This document shows, piece after piece, positions 23,731-36,965 of a stretch of DNA of 64,000 nucleotides. The notes under the pieces were generated by a model. It saw nothing but the letters and a program-made list of their open reading frames with translations. It did no database searches and had not been told where the DNA came from. How positions within the stretch are numbered: position 1 is the stretch's first letter; each line of letters opens with the position of its first letter. The DNA lies in assembly GCF_018977255.1 (NCBI RefSeq), contig NW_024704742.1, forward strand, positions 3,472,001-3,536,000, in the 5' to 3' direction. A program made the translations under genes and the position numbers. Origin of the DNA: Callorhinchus milii. Lineage: Eukaryota.

Positions 23731-25499
23731 GTTGGTTGGCGAAGAGCACAAACATGGCTCTTGGGAGGGAATCCGAGGGAGTAACCTTATAAAAAGGTGT
23801 CAGGTTGAAAATGTGTTTAAACACGATAGTGTTGCTGCACCGTGGAGCTTAAAGGTAACGCCGTGCCTGCAACTGCATCTGAAAATAGTACCTCTAAGCC
23901 TGGCCATTACTCTGCAATGCAAAAAGGCCCAACGTCCGCGGCATTTATTGCACCGTGATTAACCGTTAAATATCTGCAATTTTTTTCCCCCATTCTCCGA
24001 AGTTCTTTGAAGATTCTTAGCAGCTTAATTCCATTCTCCCCCCGTTACGCATTACGATCTCACAGGCAATGATATGCCGGAGGTGTATTGACGAATTGGA
24101 ATTCTGTTGGGACTGCATTAAATAGTCCCCTCTCCTCCCCCATTGGGCAAACTAGCTCTTGTTAAGTGCATTTTGTAACAAGGACTGTGCCTCACAGCCT
24201 GTGCCCTGTGAGGCATTCAATATTCTGGCTCCAGATGGGATACTTCATCTAATTTAATTGGACTAAACACAGGCTCAGTTGCACCAACAGCTGAGAAGCA
24301 ATCCATGAGCCTTCCCCCTATCAACACACACACACACACACAAACACCGCCAGCTCCCGTGACAGATAAAATCTCCAGCGAGAGCGCAGACCTAAAGCGC
24401 AGCCAAAATTGAATCCAACAATTGGGCTTAAATGTCAAGGGGTTGCATTGTGATCCTATGTGACCACTTACTGGTGATGAATGTATCAAGTATTGAGAAA
24501 TGCCCATTTCTTTCACCGTTGTGTATTGGGTTGAACATGGCGAAACACAGTGTTCCCTGACACTTAATAACACGATTACCTGCTCGTTTTGCACAGGGTG
24601 GTTTGCGAATGCAACACTTGGCCTTTGCAATTCTGGTCGCTGGTTGCTGCTGTCTTTGTTAACTCTTATCAAAGCCCACGTGCATTCCAGCTCCTGTAAA
24701 ATAACATCTTACAGGACTGTTTGCATCTCGCAGCGCTGTGGCCTGTGGACTGACCAGAGGAATGGATAATATATATATTATAGGCACAGTGGGAAAAGAT
24801 TTCTTCAATTTGTTCACCTCAGAGCCGCACATCGCTTGTGCGTAACTACCGAACAATAAATGGCTTTGTAATGATCTCCACTGCATGCCATTGGGAATCA
24901 CAGAGCAAAAAAGTGTAAGGCTTCTCAAAATCTACTTGACTAATCAAAGTTCGAATTTCTCTCTCTGTTTCTGATTTACACTAATCAAGATAAGAAGGGT
25001 CAGCGCTGGGGAAATGGAAGACTTGAAACATGTCAGCTTTCTTTTAACAGAAAATCTCTGGGCAGGAGCCAAGAGAAGTCAGGGGCAAAATCACTTTGCA
25101 GGCTGCAAGCCAGCTGCCAGAGTGAGGAACAGGCAAAGGCTCCGGCAGCTGTGAGGTTCGGAATTTGGCAACGAAGCATGTGTGTGCCTCTTTGCTTCCC
25201 GGGCAGAAACCAGTCACTGAAGTGGACCTCAGGAAACACAAGAGATCGGATACAGTGCGATGTTCATCTGCAACGGTTCAGTGTCCCAAAACGGTCCATG
25301 TTTCAGTAAGTCAATGCTCAATAATAATAATAATAATAATACATTAAAACAATAATGTTAAATAAAAATCTAAAGGCGCATCGAACAAGTACACTTTTTC
25401 CATCATTTCCAATACCCCCCCACCCACTCCTCTTCCTGAAGGTGGAGATATTCAGATCTGTACAATAATAATTATCATTGCATTTGCTCCTTATTCGTA

Positions 25500-25730
25500 T
25501 CACTGAGACGTCTTAAAGCACTTCACGGGACATACCGTAAAGTGGTTTGACTGTGTATTTCGTGGGCGAAATGCAGCAGTCAGTTGCGCGCAGCAATGTC
25601 CCCCAAGCGGCCATGGAATTGAGCGAACAATTTTATTGGGAGGATTCCCGGCCAGGACAGCGGGAGAGGTAAACTCTCGTCTCTTTTCGAATAGTGCCAC
25701 GCGATCTTTAACGTCCACCTGAAGCAAACG
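25500..25730 (-). mobile_element. Deu-SINE family B 3' part
   Basis: gggaggattcccggccaggacag...gatctttaacgtccacctgaa. Confidence 0.75.
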
Positions 25731-26009
25731 TTCTTTCGCAAACATTCTCCCAACGCGAGAGTCATCAAGTAAAACGTGCGCAGAACAGTTTCAAGAATTC
25801 ACAAACCCCCTTGTTGCTGGGGCCCATCGTTGACTTTGCTCACTCCGAGCACACCTGTGGCCGATCAGTCACAGTCTGTGTTACATGCTGTGTTCTGTAG
25901 CCCAGGGCGCAATACTGCAGCAACAACAACAATTTGCGATTGCCTTTCAGATCAAGAGGAAGTCCCGAGGAACCTAACCTCTGAAGTGAAAGGGGGTCAG
26001 AGGAGAAAA

Positions 26010-26148
26010 CAACGACGACGAAGTCTTGGATTTACATAGCTCCCTTCACGCAGGGCAGTGTCCCGGAGTAATTAACAGTGGCGGAGCCTGACTCCGAGCT
26101 GGGGGGACGGAGAAGGTGACCGTAAGCACGGTCGAAGGGGAAGGTCTC
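26010..26148 (-). mobile_element. Second L2-like family, 3' end
   Basis: ttggatttacatagctcccttcacgcagggcagtgtc...gcacggtcgaa. Confidence 0.6.
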
Positions 26149-26157
26149 CGCTCCGCT

Positions 26158-26485
26158 CCGCCTCTCAGCCCCGAGGCTCTGGAACTCTATCCCCCAGTGC
26201 CTTCGCCTTGCTTCCTCCCTCTCCTCCTTCAAGGCCGGTCTCAAAACCTTTCTCTTTGACCGAGCCTTCAGCTCCCCTCTCGACTCTCTTCCCCCTCCTC
26301 GCTCCCTCCCTTCCCTCCCCTCACCCTGACCATTTCCCCCTCCTCGCTCCCTCCCCTCCCTCCCCTCACCCTGACCATTTCCCCCCTGCTCGGGTCCTGA
26401 CCCAACTGTGCAGCGCCTTGGGACGTCCTCCTGACGTGAAAGGCGCTTTATAAATGGAATCTTGTTGTTGTTGTTGTTGTTGTTG
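26158..26485 (+). mobile_element. L2 LINE 3' end (ORF2 terminus + 3' UTR + (GTT)n)
   Basis: LSAPRLWNSIPQCLRLASSLSSFKAGLKTFLFDRAF, then stem-loop tail. Confidence 0.9.
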
Positions 26486-27202
26486 TGATCTAACAAGAGG
26501 GGAAGGAGGGGGCAAGGCAGAGAGATTGGGGGGGGAGAGAGCTCCAAAGCTTCGGGGGTGCAGTGGCTGAAAGAAACAAGGGAGATGGGACAATTTAAAG
26601 AAACATAAATTGTCCGCACATCACAGGATAAGTGCTGCGGGACTCCAACTCAAGAACGAGTGATGTGTACACATCTCCCCTATGAGCGCTGATAACCTTC
26701 ATTTACAGCGGCTTCAAATGACACGTTGGTCAACGGTGCGAGACAGCGCACAGACAATCTGACACCAACTCTAAATCATCCATCCACTTCCACCCACCAG
26801 CGAGCTATCAGCGACTGACCTGCCACAACGTCTTCGAGTAAACCGGCGCTCTCATTTCTCCGCCCGTCAAAGAAAAAGGTTTCTTCAGCACAGTAGACTG
26901 GGTAAGTTTGTTTGACCCGTGGAGCAATTCAGGTCACAAAGGGAATAGGATAACATAAATGATATGAATCTATCTACAGTACGTTTTCAGTGGCAAAGCA
27001 GCAAGACAAAACATCGTTAGCATGCCATGAAATTTCACCCTTCCTGTTGACAGATCTGTCGAAAGAGCACAGGGGGAAAAAAACTGAATGCATCCACTAT
27101 GCGAATTCACTGACACAACACTATATTAGAGCATTTCCCTTTAGGGCACCAAAGTGAAGCTGATATTAATTATACTGAGTGAGCACAGATCTGATTTCTG
27201 TA

Positions 27203-27562
27203 GCTCCTATAGCTCAATAATTAAAGCACTTGCCTCGCGAGCGAGAGACCTGGGTTCGATTCCCGGCAGGCGAAATACTGGGCAAGTTTCCTTACTCCAC
27301 ACAGCTCTGCTTACCGAGCAGTAAATAGGAACCTGGCTGTGAGTCGTTTTCCGGGGGTAATAATTATTTTTTAAAAAATAACAATAAACTGATCACTTCA
27401 ATCCACGACTGTTTGTGGGGCAGACGCTGCTGTGCGCAATTGGCTGCCGCGTTTCGCCCACAAAATACAGTCAATTCACTTTACAGTATGTTCTGTGAAG
27501 CGCTTTGAGACGTCGAGAAGACCTGTTAAGGCGCTCTATCAAATTGCAAGGACTATTATCGT
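27203..27562 (+). mobile_element. SINE family A, older subfamily with full CORE-like block
   Basis: gggttcgattcccggcagg...gggcaagtttccttactccacacagctctgcttaccgagcagtaaataggaacc; Deu; tail. Confidence 0.85.
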
Positions 27563-28169
27563 TATTTCAAGGGGAACCAAATACAGTATATATTTTCAGG
27601 GAGACACTGGTCGGGTTTGTACAGGCTCTGCGGTCCTTATCGTTTTCAACCGATAGTTTTAAACGATACTCGGGACAGATTTGATCCACGTGTTTTTAAT
27701 TTCATCGGTAAATAAAAAAAACAGTTGATCTCTGCCGCGAGACGTTCTGCCTTTACGTTACCCCACTTTGGCGCTGTCAGAGTGCTGAGAATTATTGTGC
27801 TGCGATGGAAAAGGGTATTCGCTTCTCGGGCAAACAAAGCAGGGCAGCAGCTACCTGTAAAAGGTCACGTTTATTTTATTTTAACTGGGAGGGTAATAAA
27901 CAAACGACCTCCTGAACTGCCATAAGATAACAATAATCCTTACATTTGATATAGCACCGCTCACCTTGGGAGGAGGGCTCAGCAAGCTTCACAGGATGTA
28001 CTGTAAGAGAAGACGTGAAAAGCGCTATATCAAATGCAAGGATTATTATTATTATTATTATTACGGTAAAGACTGTGTGTTTTACAGGCAAAGGCAGAAG
28101 CCAATCTGAGGATGGCTGTGTCCCACCCAATTTTATACGGGACAACCGTTTGGCTAGGGCACCAGGAAA

Positions 28170-28375
28170 AGCTGTGGTGGGATCTTCAGCGGTCAGCTAA
28201 ACAATTAGACAAGATATTAGTTTCATGTCTCAACTGATGGATGGCACCACGGAAATTGCAGCACTGCATTGGAGCATCAGCAAGGACAATGTGAGTCCCG
28301 AGGACCGATGCTGGGGGCTTGAACCCACGACATTATGGCTCACCAGTGAGAGTGGCACCGACCGAACCAGGATGA
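28170..28375 (-). mobile_element. Deu-SINE family B head
   Basis: ggggcttgaacccacgac...gagagtggcaccgaccgaaccagg. Confidence 0.65.
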
Positions 28376-28419
28376 CTTTGATTGGAAGGACCTGACGTAC
28401 AGGTTGTTTCGCTCAGCGC

Positions 28420-28540
28420 ACATTTGCCCACAAATATACAGTCAATTCACTTTACAGTGTGTTCTGTGAAGCGCTTTGGGACGTCCTCCTGACGTGAAAA
28501 GCGCTATATCAAATGCAAGGATTATTATTATTATTATTAT
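28420..28540 (+). mobile_element. Young SINE family A 3' fragment
   Basis: Near-identical to 55345-55462. Confidence 0.9.
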
Positions 28541-28887
28541 CCACCTGTTTCATGTTCCCCCCCCTTGCCCCCCCCCCCGCTCGACCCCTTCCACCATCGG
28601 AGAGTGAGATTTCAATCATTCTGCCCCTGCTCTCCGGAACTCCGTGCTGAAGTCCGTCTTCCTCCTGATTCCCCCTCTCCCCACCTTAAGACCTTTCATT
28701 TTGACCACTCTTTTGGTCATCTTGCCCCCAGCCTAGTTTGGGCTCCCAGTTGGCTCTACGAAGCGATGTGAAAGGTGCAATAGAAAAGTAAAGTTTTGTT
28801 GTTGGATGAGAGAAGGATCAGCTCAATCACCTTGGAGCCTCCTGCCTGACTTATGGCAACTTGAGAGCAACCGGTATTTATCGAACA

Positions 28888-28988
28888 GAGTCCTGTAGCT
28901 CAGTGGTTAGAGCATTCACTTTGCAAGCGAGAGAACCAGGGCTAAACCTTGGGCAAGTTTCCTTACTCCACACACCCGATAGTAATAA
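28888..28988 (+). mobile_element. SINE family A head only
   Basis: gagtcctgtagctcagtggttagagc...ccttgggcaagtttccttactccac. Confidence 0.85.
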
Positions 28989-31559
28989 GGAATCCCACGC
29001 CTTTGGGAAGAGAGGAAATGTTGGTGGGATTTCAAAAGAAATTCAAAGTACTAAAAATATGCATCCCGCAACAATTTTAAAATAGGATCAGCTACTTAAT
29101 GATGACAGGATCCCCACGGCTTCAAATTTACCTTCATGACTTCAATTCGTACCATTCTTCGACAGATGTGTTAGGCTCAATGGTGCGCTGACTCGAGAAC
29201 ACACAGAAACCAGTACAGCTTAAGCTCCTGCGCCATAAATAACAAAGTGCTGTTTTCAGCATTAGTCACACCTTCATATATTCACAAGTAATAAAAAGAC
29301 TGTGATGATAATTGATTTGGCAATTTTACAATTCCTGTCTCAAAACCTCTAATTTACTGTTTTCTCTGTTGACTGAAGTGCAATTAAAGATGTCCCCTTA
29401 AAACTAGCTTTACGCTCCTTTTCCTCTCGTCAGCTTCACACCAGCTCAGGCCACAAACGTGTGCCATTGGCCAATTTTCCTATTTGCTCCTCACTGATTG
29501 TGGGTTATTTTCCTCCTCCTCTCTCGCTCTGCCTCTGACGTAGTCTTTATGAAGTGCTACCAGAACGACAATATACCTTATGTGAAGGATGGTGTATAAA
29601 TGCTGACCTTCAGCTCGTCTCCATTCTACTACCTGCTCCGGCCTCTGGAAACCAGATGTATTGGCATTCGTCAGGTTACTACTTTCCTTTGCCTTTCCTC
29701 ACTTGGTCTGGTTCTGCCATGTTCTCTGTGCTATCTCTACGATGCCCAATGAGACCATCGAACCTCAGGCGACCATTAAATAAGGTGTTTCATCTGTTTT
29801 TTTTTCTTACATCACATTAGGCCCTCCCAAGGTGAAGATTATTAAATTGAAGCCATGTTTCTTTGAAGATTATAATTAAAGCAGACACTCCAGTGCTGGG
29901 AAAGCAAGGCACTGCCACACGTGCCGTCCTTTGCATCAAACACATTCTCCGTTAGATAAAGTTTCGCTATTTACTTCCAGATCATCGGCTCATTCTTTGG
30001 TTGTGTTTCTAATGTTAGAAACTCTCCGCCTTGAGGTTCCAGTCAATGTACAGGGACTGCTGTGCAGTTGTGATTTCAAAGCCTCGTGGAGTCTTTCCCC
30101 TAGTTCCCCGGTTCTTTCTTCCCTTCCTGATGTAAATTCACCCCGAATTTCATTTCAACCAGCTAAGTTCATTGACATTCAAGCCCCTTATGACTCACTG
30201 AGCCAAGCTGACACACATGGACACTCGGGTGAGATATAGAAGGTAACTGGAGCCTGTAGAACCCTAACCTGCCCATCAGAAAGAATCAGGAATCAGACCA
30301 TTTCAGAGGAAGAGAAAATTGGAGGAGAATAATTGACAAAGAGCAGAGAAAAAAAAATGGAGTCTGTAGGATAAACGCACAAGTGTTCTTCAGTGGATCC
30401 AAGTGAAGAGATGGTCCAGGATTAGCCAAACACCTTGATGACGTTTCTTGAAAGTGGTTAAAGAACCTGGTGTACGAATGGAGAGAATGTGCATTTTACG
30501 ATGCCAAGTGGGTTAGAAAAAAAGCACTACACATTCTTCTCCTACTTCACTGGGTACCATTCACTTTCGGATATCCTCGCCGTTTCTGATGCTGAATGCA
30601 TCAAATACCGTTACCTTCCCAGCAGAAGAGTGTTGTGGGGAAGGGAGAACGATTTAAACCTCCTGCTCTACATCACATGGCATCAGGACTACACAGCGCA
30701 GCTAAAATCTACAACGGTGCCTCATTGGAAGGCGGTCTTTTGGGTTTTACGTTGGGGGCAATCCGACCAGCTCAGGGTTTGTTTCAGATGTAGCCTACTA
30801 AGTCTTTCTTAGTGCTTGCTTATGTGGACAATGCGGTACCCATTTGTACCAAGGAGATCTGACAAACAGCCCTGGTGGATGACCAATGAAACTAGATGAT
30901 TGCAGACCAGTAATGTGGAATACCTTCCCTTCACGTTTCTAATCGCGCTTTGGTGTCCATCAGAAACACAGACAGATGGGACCTCAATTTAATGATCTGA
31001 ATGATGGCATTTGTACAGTGATCTCCTGTACTGCACTGTAATGCCTGTTGAGACTATGCGCCTAAGTGCAAAATGGGTCTTCAACCTTCTCACCCTGAGG
31101 TGACAACGCTGCCAACTGAGAAAAAAAACTGATGGTCTTGGATATATTTTCACTTACTGAATAAAGTGATAAGACCAGACATAAATCATCACAAGTAAAA
31201 CTGGATGGATCAGATCAATCTGGAAATGGTACACACCCACAGTGACTCCAGGGTATCTCACTTAAACCGTTCCCCCAAACTGTACTTAATAGCCTCATTA
31301 GTCAAGTGGACGCCAAATTAAAAACACATTTTTGCAACTTCATTCCAGCAAAGTGGCAATTTCCTTTATTAAACAAACTGTCATAAAAGATTCTATGGAT
31401 TCTGCGTAACATGAATCATGGCAGTTTTCCACGATAGCTGCCCTTGATGTGTAAGCAAAGATGGAAAACATTTAGTAAACTGCAATACTGGATCTGTAAA
31501 TGGGAAAGACAATTTTCCCTAGTACATGACACACAATAATAGGCAACTATATTTCTACG

Positions 31560-32430
31560 TTCTGACAGACTGCCTGCGCTGAATAGGAGCCAACTTTCTA
31601 CAGTTGAATGTCAGCAAGCCCAAAGTTCTCCTGATTGACTGTCGCCAGCGCCTCCGCACCTCAGGCACTGGCAGCATCAGCATCCATGGATGCACACTCC
31701 ACCTCACCGAGCCAGTCAGGAAGCTAGGCGTCTTGTTCGACCCTTATTTGTCCTTTCCCCCCTCATCCGTGCCGTGACCCGCTCTGCCTTCCTCAACTTC
31801 AGTAACATTGCCCGATTCCGCCACTGCCTCACCCCTCAAGTTGCCGAATTCCTCATGCCAACGCCAATGCTTGTCGGCTTTCTCAACTCTTCCCTGCACA
31901 AGCTGCAGATCATCCAGAACTCTGCCGCTCGTGTCCTCTCCCGCACCAGTCTCCGTGCCCCCATTACCCCACCCTCTCCCGGCTCCACTGGCTCCCCATT
32001 CCTCAGAGGAACAAGTTCAAAATTCTCGTCCTCGCCTTCAAGTCCCTCCATGGCCTTGTCCCCTCCTACCTCTCTGACATGCTAACCCCTTATCAACCTG
32101 ACTGCTCCCTCCGCTCAGCAGACTCCGGCCTGCTCCATGTCCCCCGCCCCGGCCCGTCCCACCATCGGTGGTCGGGCTTTCTCTGCCCCTACCCTCTGGA
32201 ACTTCATCCCATATTCCCGTCGCCTTGCTCCCTCCCTTGCTTCCTCCAAGGCACGCTTCAAGAGCCTCCTTTTCGACCGTGCCTTTGGCCACCCTCCTAC
32301 CCTCTCTGACCTCCATCCTCCCTCCCAACCCCGCCCCCGCCCCCCCCCCCGTCGGAGCTCTAATCCCTGACTTTCAGCGCCTTGGGACATCCTCTGGATG
32401 TGAAAGGCGCTTTACAAATGTAATTTTGTA
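31560..32430 (+). mobile_element. Decayed L2 LINE, ORF2 C-terminal part + 3' UTR
   Basis: Frameshifted ANFLQLNVSK...LGVLFDP...KLQIIQNSAARVLSRT...LHWLP...GGRAFSAPTLWN. Confidence 0.9.
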
Positions 32431-32904
32431 TTGTATTATACATTCAAGAGATCCATCTCGCCAGCTAAATACCTTACTTCTGTATTATAACAAAATTGGA
32501 AAGCATAACTTTTTTTAAGTCTTTTTAGTCCATTCTTTCTACTTTTTGGCAGGGTTTAGAGAAAGTAGATCATCTTTGATGCATTAATGACTAAGTTTAG
32601 GAACCGGTAACTCGGTGATATATTACAGTAAACACTGCCATTTCCTCTCTGAGGCTTGGGTTCAGATCCAGTCAAAATCTTTTCACATTGCCTGCTTCTG
32701 ATACCATGTAACTATTCTACGTCGGACAATTCAAACCAAATCTGATTTGCGTTTGGATTCAGAACATTTCCTATTGATGGGAGCTTGCAACCGAACATCC
32801 CACCTTGTGGTATTGGTAAAACCATTCTTTCCAAGTAACAGTTGGGAAAGTCCTGCCACTGGATGAGGTAAGACAATAGAACTACTAAGGAACCACTCAA
32901 TTTT

Positions 32905-33135
32905 CCTGTGTTTCCCCTGGTGTTCTGGCCAACAATCCCTCAAGTAAAATTGGTCAATCGCTTCATGGATGTTTGTGGGACACTGCTGTGCACAAATTGG
33001 CCAACACGTTAGCCAACAAAAACAAATATACAGCTGCTACACATTACAGTACATCATGTGAAGTGTGTTCAGATGTCCTCTTGACGTGGAAGCTGTTATA
33101 TTGAATGTAAGAGTTATTATTATTATTATTATTAT
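32905..33135 (+). mobile_element. Deu-SINE 3' half
   Basis: ggtgttctggccaacaatccc...gtttgtgggacactgctgtgcacaaattgg; (ATT)n. Confidence 0.75.
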
Positions 33136-33574
33136 TGCAGTACTAATTACATCAACAGTGAGAAGGACACATAAGATTGGTCTCAACAGTGAGAAAAGAA
33201 AGCACATCTACACCTGCACAAAACTGAATGCTCATGAAGTTCGAATCGGATTCTGCAGGTTTCTTCCCCGCGGTCAAGGAACATATTCCCCCGTCACAAG
33301 ACCAATTAGCGTTACTACAAAACAAACCCCAAAGTCCCCCTCCTCAAATGGATTGCACTCCAGCACCTGCAAAAAAAGTTAGCACTCCCACTCCCCCACC
33401 CCCCCTTAGATTGCAAGGGATAATGAATGCACATTTCACCACAAGATTCAGATAATTTTCCTGACCTCAAATTGATCACCAGAGGAAACAAAAAAAAGAC
33501 TTTTGGAGCCTCAGGAAGACTATGGCCACAGTATATAAAAAAGCTCAAACTGTAGCACTACACTAATAATAAAT

Positions 33575-33956
33575 GTAATAATGATCCTTGCATTTGGTAG
33601 AGAGTCTTATTAAGTCGGGAGGACATCTCAAAGTGCTTCACAGGATTTACTGTGAAATGAAGTGACTGTGTATTTGTCAGCGAGCCGGCAGTCCAATGTC
33701 CCACAAACAGCCATGAAAAAAATGACCAATTTATCACTGGAGGATTGTTGGCCAGGACACCGAGAGAAACTCCCTTCTCTTTTTGAAATGTACCGTGGGA
33801 TCTTTAATGTCCACTCAGGGAGCAGTTAGACATTCAGTTTGACATCTCATACGACGTACGCACCTTCAACACACCTAACATTGCATAGTAGTATCATCCT
33901 GGAATATATGAGCTCCAAGTCCTGAAGTGGGGCTTGAACCCACAACCTTCTGACTC
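33575..33956 (-). mobile_element. Deu-SINE family B, near full length
   Basis: gtggggcttgaacccacaaccttctgactc head; gggaggattgttggccaggacacc; tail. Confidence 0.85.
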
Positions 33957-35311
33957 ACACACAGGCCGTTAAGAGTACAGTCCTCACCGACCCCACTTTC
34001 ATAAAGTTACAATGCCGTATCAAAGTTACCGTTGGCTGTTCATCAACAATCTTTCTCATTTTAATGACAAGTTCACAGGAGAATGGGTTGTGACCTCATC
34101 AAGATCAATTCATCTGCTGAGATCTATCAACTCGCTCATCAAATGGCAGTGCAAATGCCTGATGGTATTTATAAAGTGCTGATAAATCCTGCAGCCAAGT
34201 TGCTCAACTAACATCAGATTTCGTTGATATCCAATGTTTGCTTAAGACAAAAAAAAAAGGGATATTGGGTAATTCCGGAATTAGTCACTATATCTGGGTC
34301 TGACAAAAGTGGTGTTGGCTTAGTTCTGTCTAAACATCCAGAAAAACAATGTTTCTCTCTTTTGTCAAATAAGTTCTAACAAGTTAACAAAGCAATGCCA
34401 ACATTATTGACTTCACATCAATGGGGCCATTATCCTCCCCAAATGGCTTATGACTTCTCCCAGAAAAGTAATTAAAGATTTGCCCACAGAAGAACAAAAG
34501 CCTTCTGATGGTTCTCAGTGTGTTACCATGGTGCTGTTCCACTCGCCTGTACAGTCCCCTGCTCCCATACTACTCTCCAAGATGTGACCAGCGGACATTA
34601 AAAAAAACCTGAGTGACGGTCAACTAACTTTACGGTATATCTTGTGAGGCATTTTAGGACGTCCTCCTGACGTGAAAGGCTCTATTGCAAATGTAAGGAC
34701 TATTATTAAGGATTATTATTATTATTATTATTCATTTCAATGTTCACAGTATGTTTCTGAAATGAAATGACCCGATTCTTTCTGAAACAATACGGTTATA
34801 TTACGGACGTGAGAAAATGATGTGCTCAGCTCACACGTACTGTGATGTTTGGTTCCTGAGGCCCTTTTATTTGGTATGATCTCATAAACTAGGTCCTGTG
34901 TTGATTCACACTGGTGTCTCATATGCAGTGATTCAATGGGATGTTCTTAATAAGTGTTTCCTTACATTAAGTGGAAGTGCATCATTCAGACCCACAGGAA
35001 TGTTGTTAGGAAAGAGTGGTTTGCCTGACATAGTCTCAGTAATATGGCAACCTGCTTCAGTTCGTCGATTACCCTCTAAAGAAAGAAAAACTTCCTGGTG
35101 TACGTCTTGAAATTGCCCTTTTTTACGACTCTAAACCTCCGTCCTCTTGCTCTTATTTACACACGCTTCAACCGTCGTATTGCAGGCACAAGACCACAGG
35201 AATAAACGTCTTGTTGACAATACTTCTGCAGCGTTACTAAATACAATGACAAATACATATGTAATGCCAGGTGAGGAGTGCAGCATTAACCCAAGAAGCC
35301 AATAAAATAGG

Positions 35312-35620
35312 AATAATAATAATAATAATCCTTGCATTTGATATAGCGCCTTTTCACCTTGTTGAGACATCTCAAAGCGCTTCACAGGATATATTGTAAA
35401 CTGTACTGTATACTCCGCAGGACGTACTGTGCACTTTGTGGGCGAAACGCAGCAGCCAGTTTGCACACAGCAATTTCCCACAAACGGGGCCACAGAGTGA
35501 GTCACCAATTTTTATCTGGGGGATTGTTGGCCAGGACATGGAGAGGGAGAAATCCCCTTCTCTTTTCGAATTGCATCACAGTCTCTTCCCACTTGAGTTT
35601 GAATTCAGCACAGGCTGGAC
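35312..35620 (-). mobile_element. Deu-SINE 3' two-thirds
   Basis: (AAT)n ccttgcatttgatatagcgcc...ggattgttggccaggac. Confidence 0.8.
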
Positions 35621-36751
35621 ACGATGAAAGGCGGAGGGCGGAGGGAGACGAGGCCAGCTGTAGCAGTCTTAATCAGGAGGAATGCCAGTAATCTCTGTGG
35701 GCCGAGCATAAAAATGGCCCATTATTTGACATCAGTGGATACAAAAATGACAGTCTCACTCACAAAGCCCCTACTTGTCGCACATAACGCAGATGGATGC
35801 TTTAAAAATGGAGATCTCCCACTGGAACAGCATTGCGGCGATTCCAAGATTGGGATGGAGGGATGTTGAGCGAGAATAGCGTTACCAGCATCTGCTTCGT
35901 CTGAGAATATCTGACACAAAAGATAGTGGAAAATCCTACAGTCCATAACTAGCAGCCATCACTCTCGAAAGTCTTAAAGTAAGTCTTTATTGATTATCCA
36001 GTAAAAATGATACGAAAAACAATTCCCAGACATCGGTGATTCGTGTACAGTACAGCTGCTACTAAAGGGAGAGTGATTTTTTTTCCCCCTTCCTCGAGAT
36101 AGGCAGCCAACAAGTGGTTCATGAACGAGGAGGAAATGGATCTCAAGTTTTGCCATGGCATGTGCAGCAATTGATATGTTAGCCACTAAACACGTTAAAG
36201 TTTGTCTCTGTTTGAAATGGAGCTGTGTTGTGCGTCTGTACGCATTTGCCAATCTCTGCCCTCCCTGCGTTTACAAACCACAAATTTGAATTACAATTAT
36301 AATCTAAGTAAACTAATAATTCTACTTAGTCGCCAACAACAACAATAACTCACGCAGGGCAGTGTCCCAGAGCGCTCAATCGTTTGTCATCAGTTTAAAA
36401 AAAAACGCAAGACCACATTTTATTATTAGAATAATAATTCCTACATTTGTTGTACAGGAGTTACTGTAAAGTGAAGTGACTGTGTTTTGCGGGCAAACTA
36501 TTCTTCAGCACGCTAATTTATTCAATTGAATAAAAGAATGTGTCAGTTTGATCCTTCACTATTTAATGCCTTTATTTCAAATAACTTTGCAAAGTGAAAA
36601 ACAACATTAAATAACACCTTAAGGGCAATTGCCGCTTTTGCATGTAATTGTAAATTGCCGTTGTAAATATTTCATATGTATCATCTTTATTTAGCTTTAT
36701 TACTCACATGCTGTTGCTATCTACATGCTGAAAATGCAATTAGATTTATTT

Positions 36752-36965
36752 TAATAATAATCCTTACATTTGGTCCAGGACCTTTCACATTGGGAGGATT
36801 TCCTAAGGTGCGTCACATCGTATACTGTAAAGTGTAATGACTATGTGTTTTGTGGATGAATGCAGGAGTCAATTTGCACACAGCAACAGCCATGGAGTAG
36901 GGGACGAACTTTGTTTGGGTGGATTGTTAGCCAGGACAGCGGGAGAAACTCCAGTTACTTTTCCT
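36752..36965 (-). mobile_element. Decayed Deu-SINE 3' part
   Basis: caatttgcacacagcaa...ggattgttagccaggacagcgggagaaactcc. Confidence 0.7.

Noticed and set aside
24188-24215. 10-bp perfect inverted repeat (also 54842-54875, 61116-61136, ~63826-63851)
   Set aside because: Short isolated stems expected by chance; none matches a miRNA, IRE or SECIS that I recognise.
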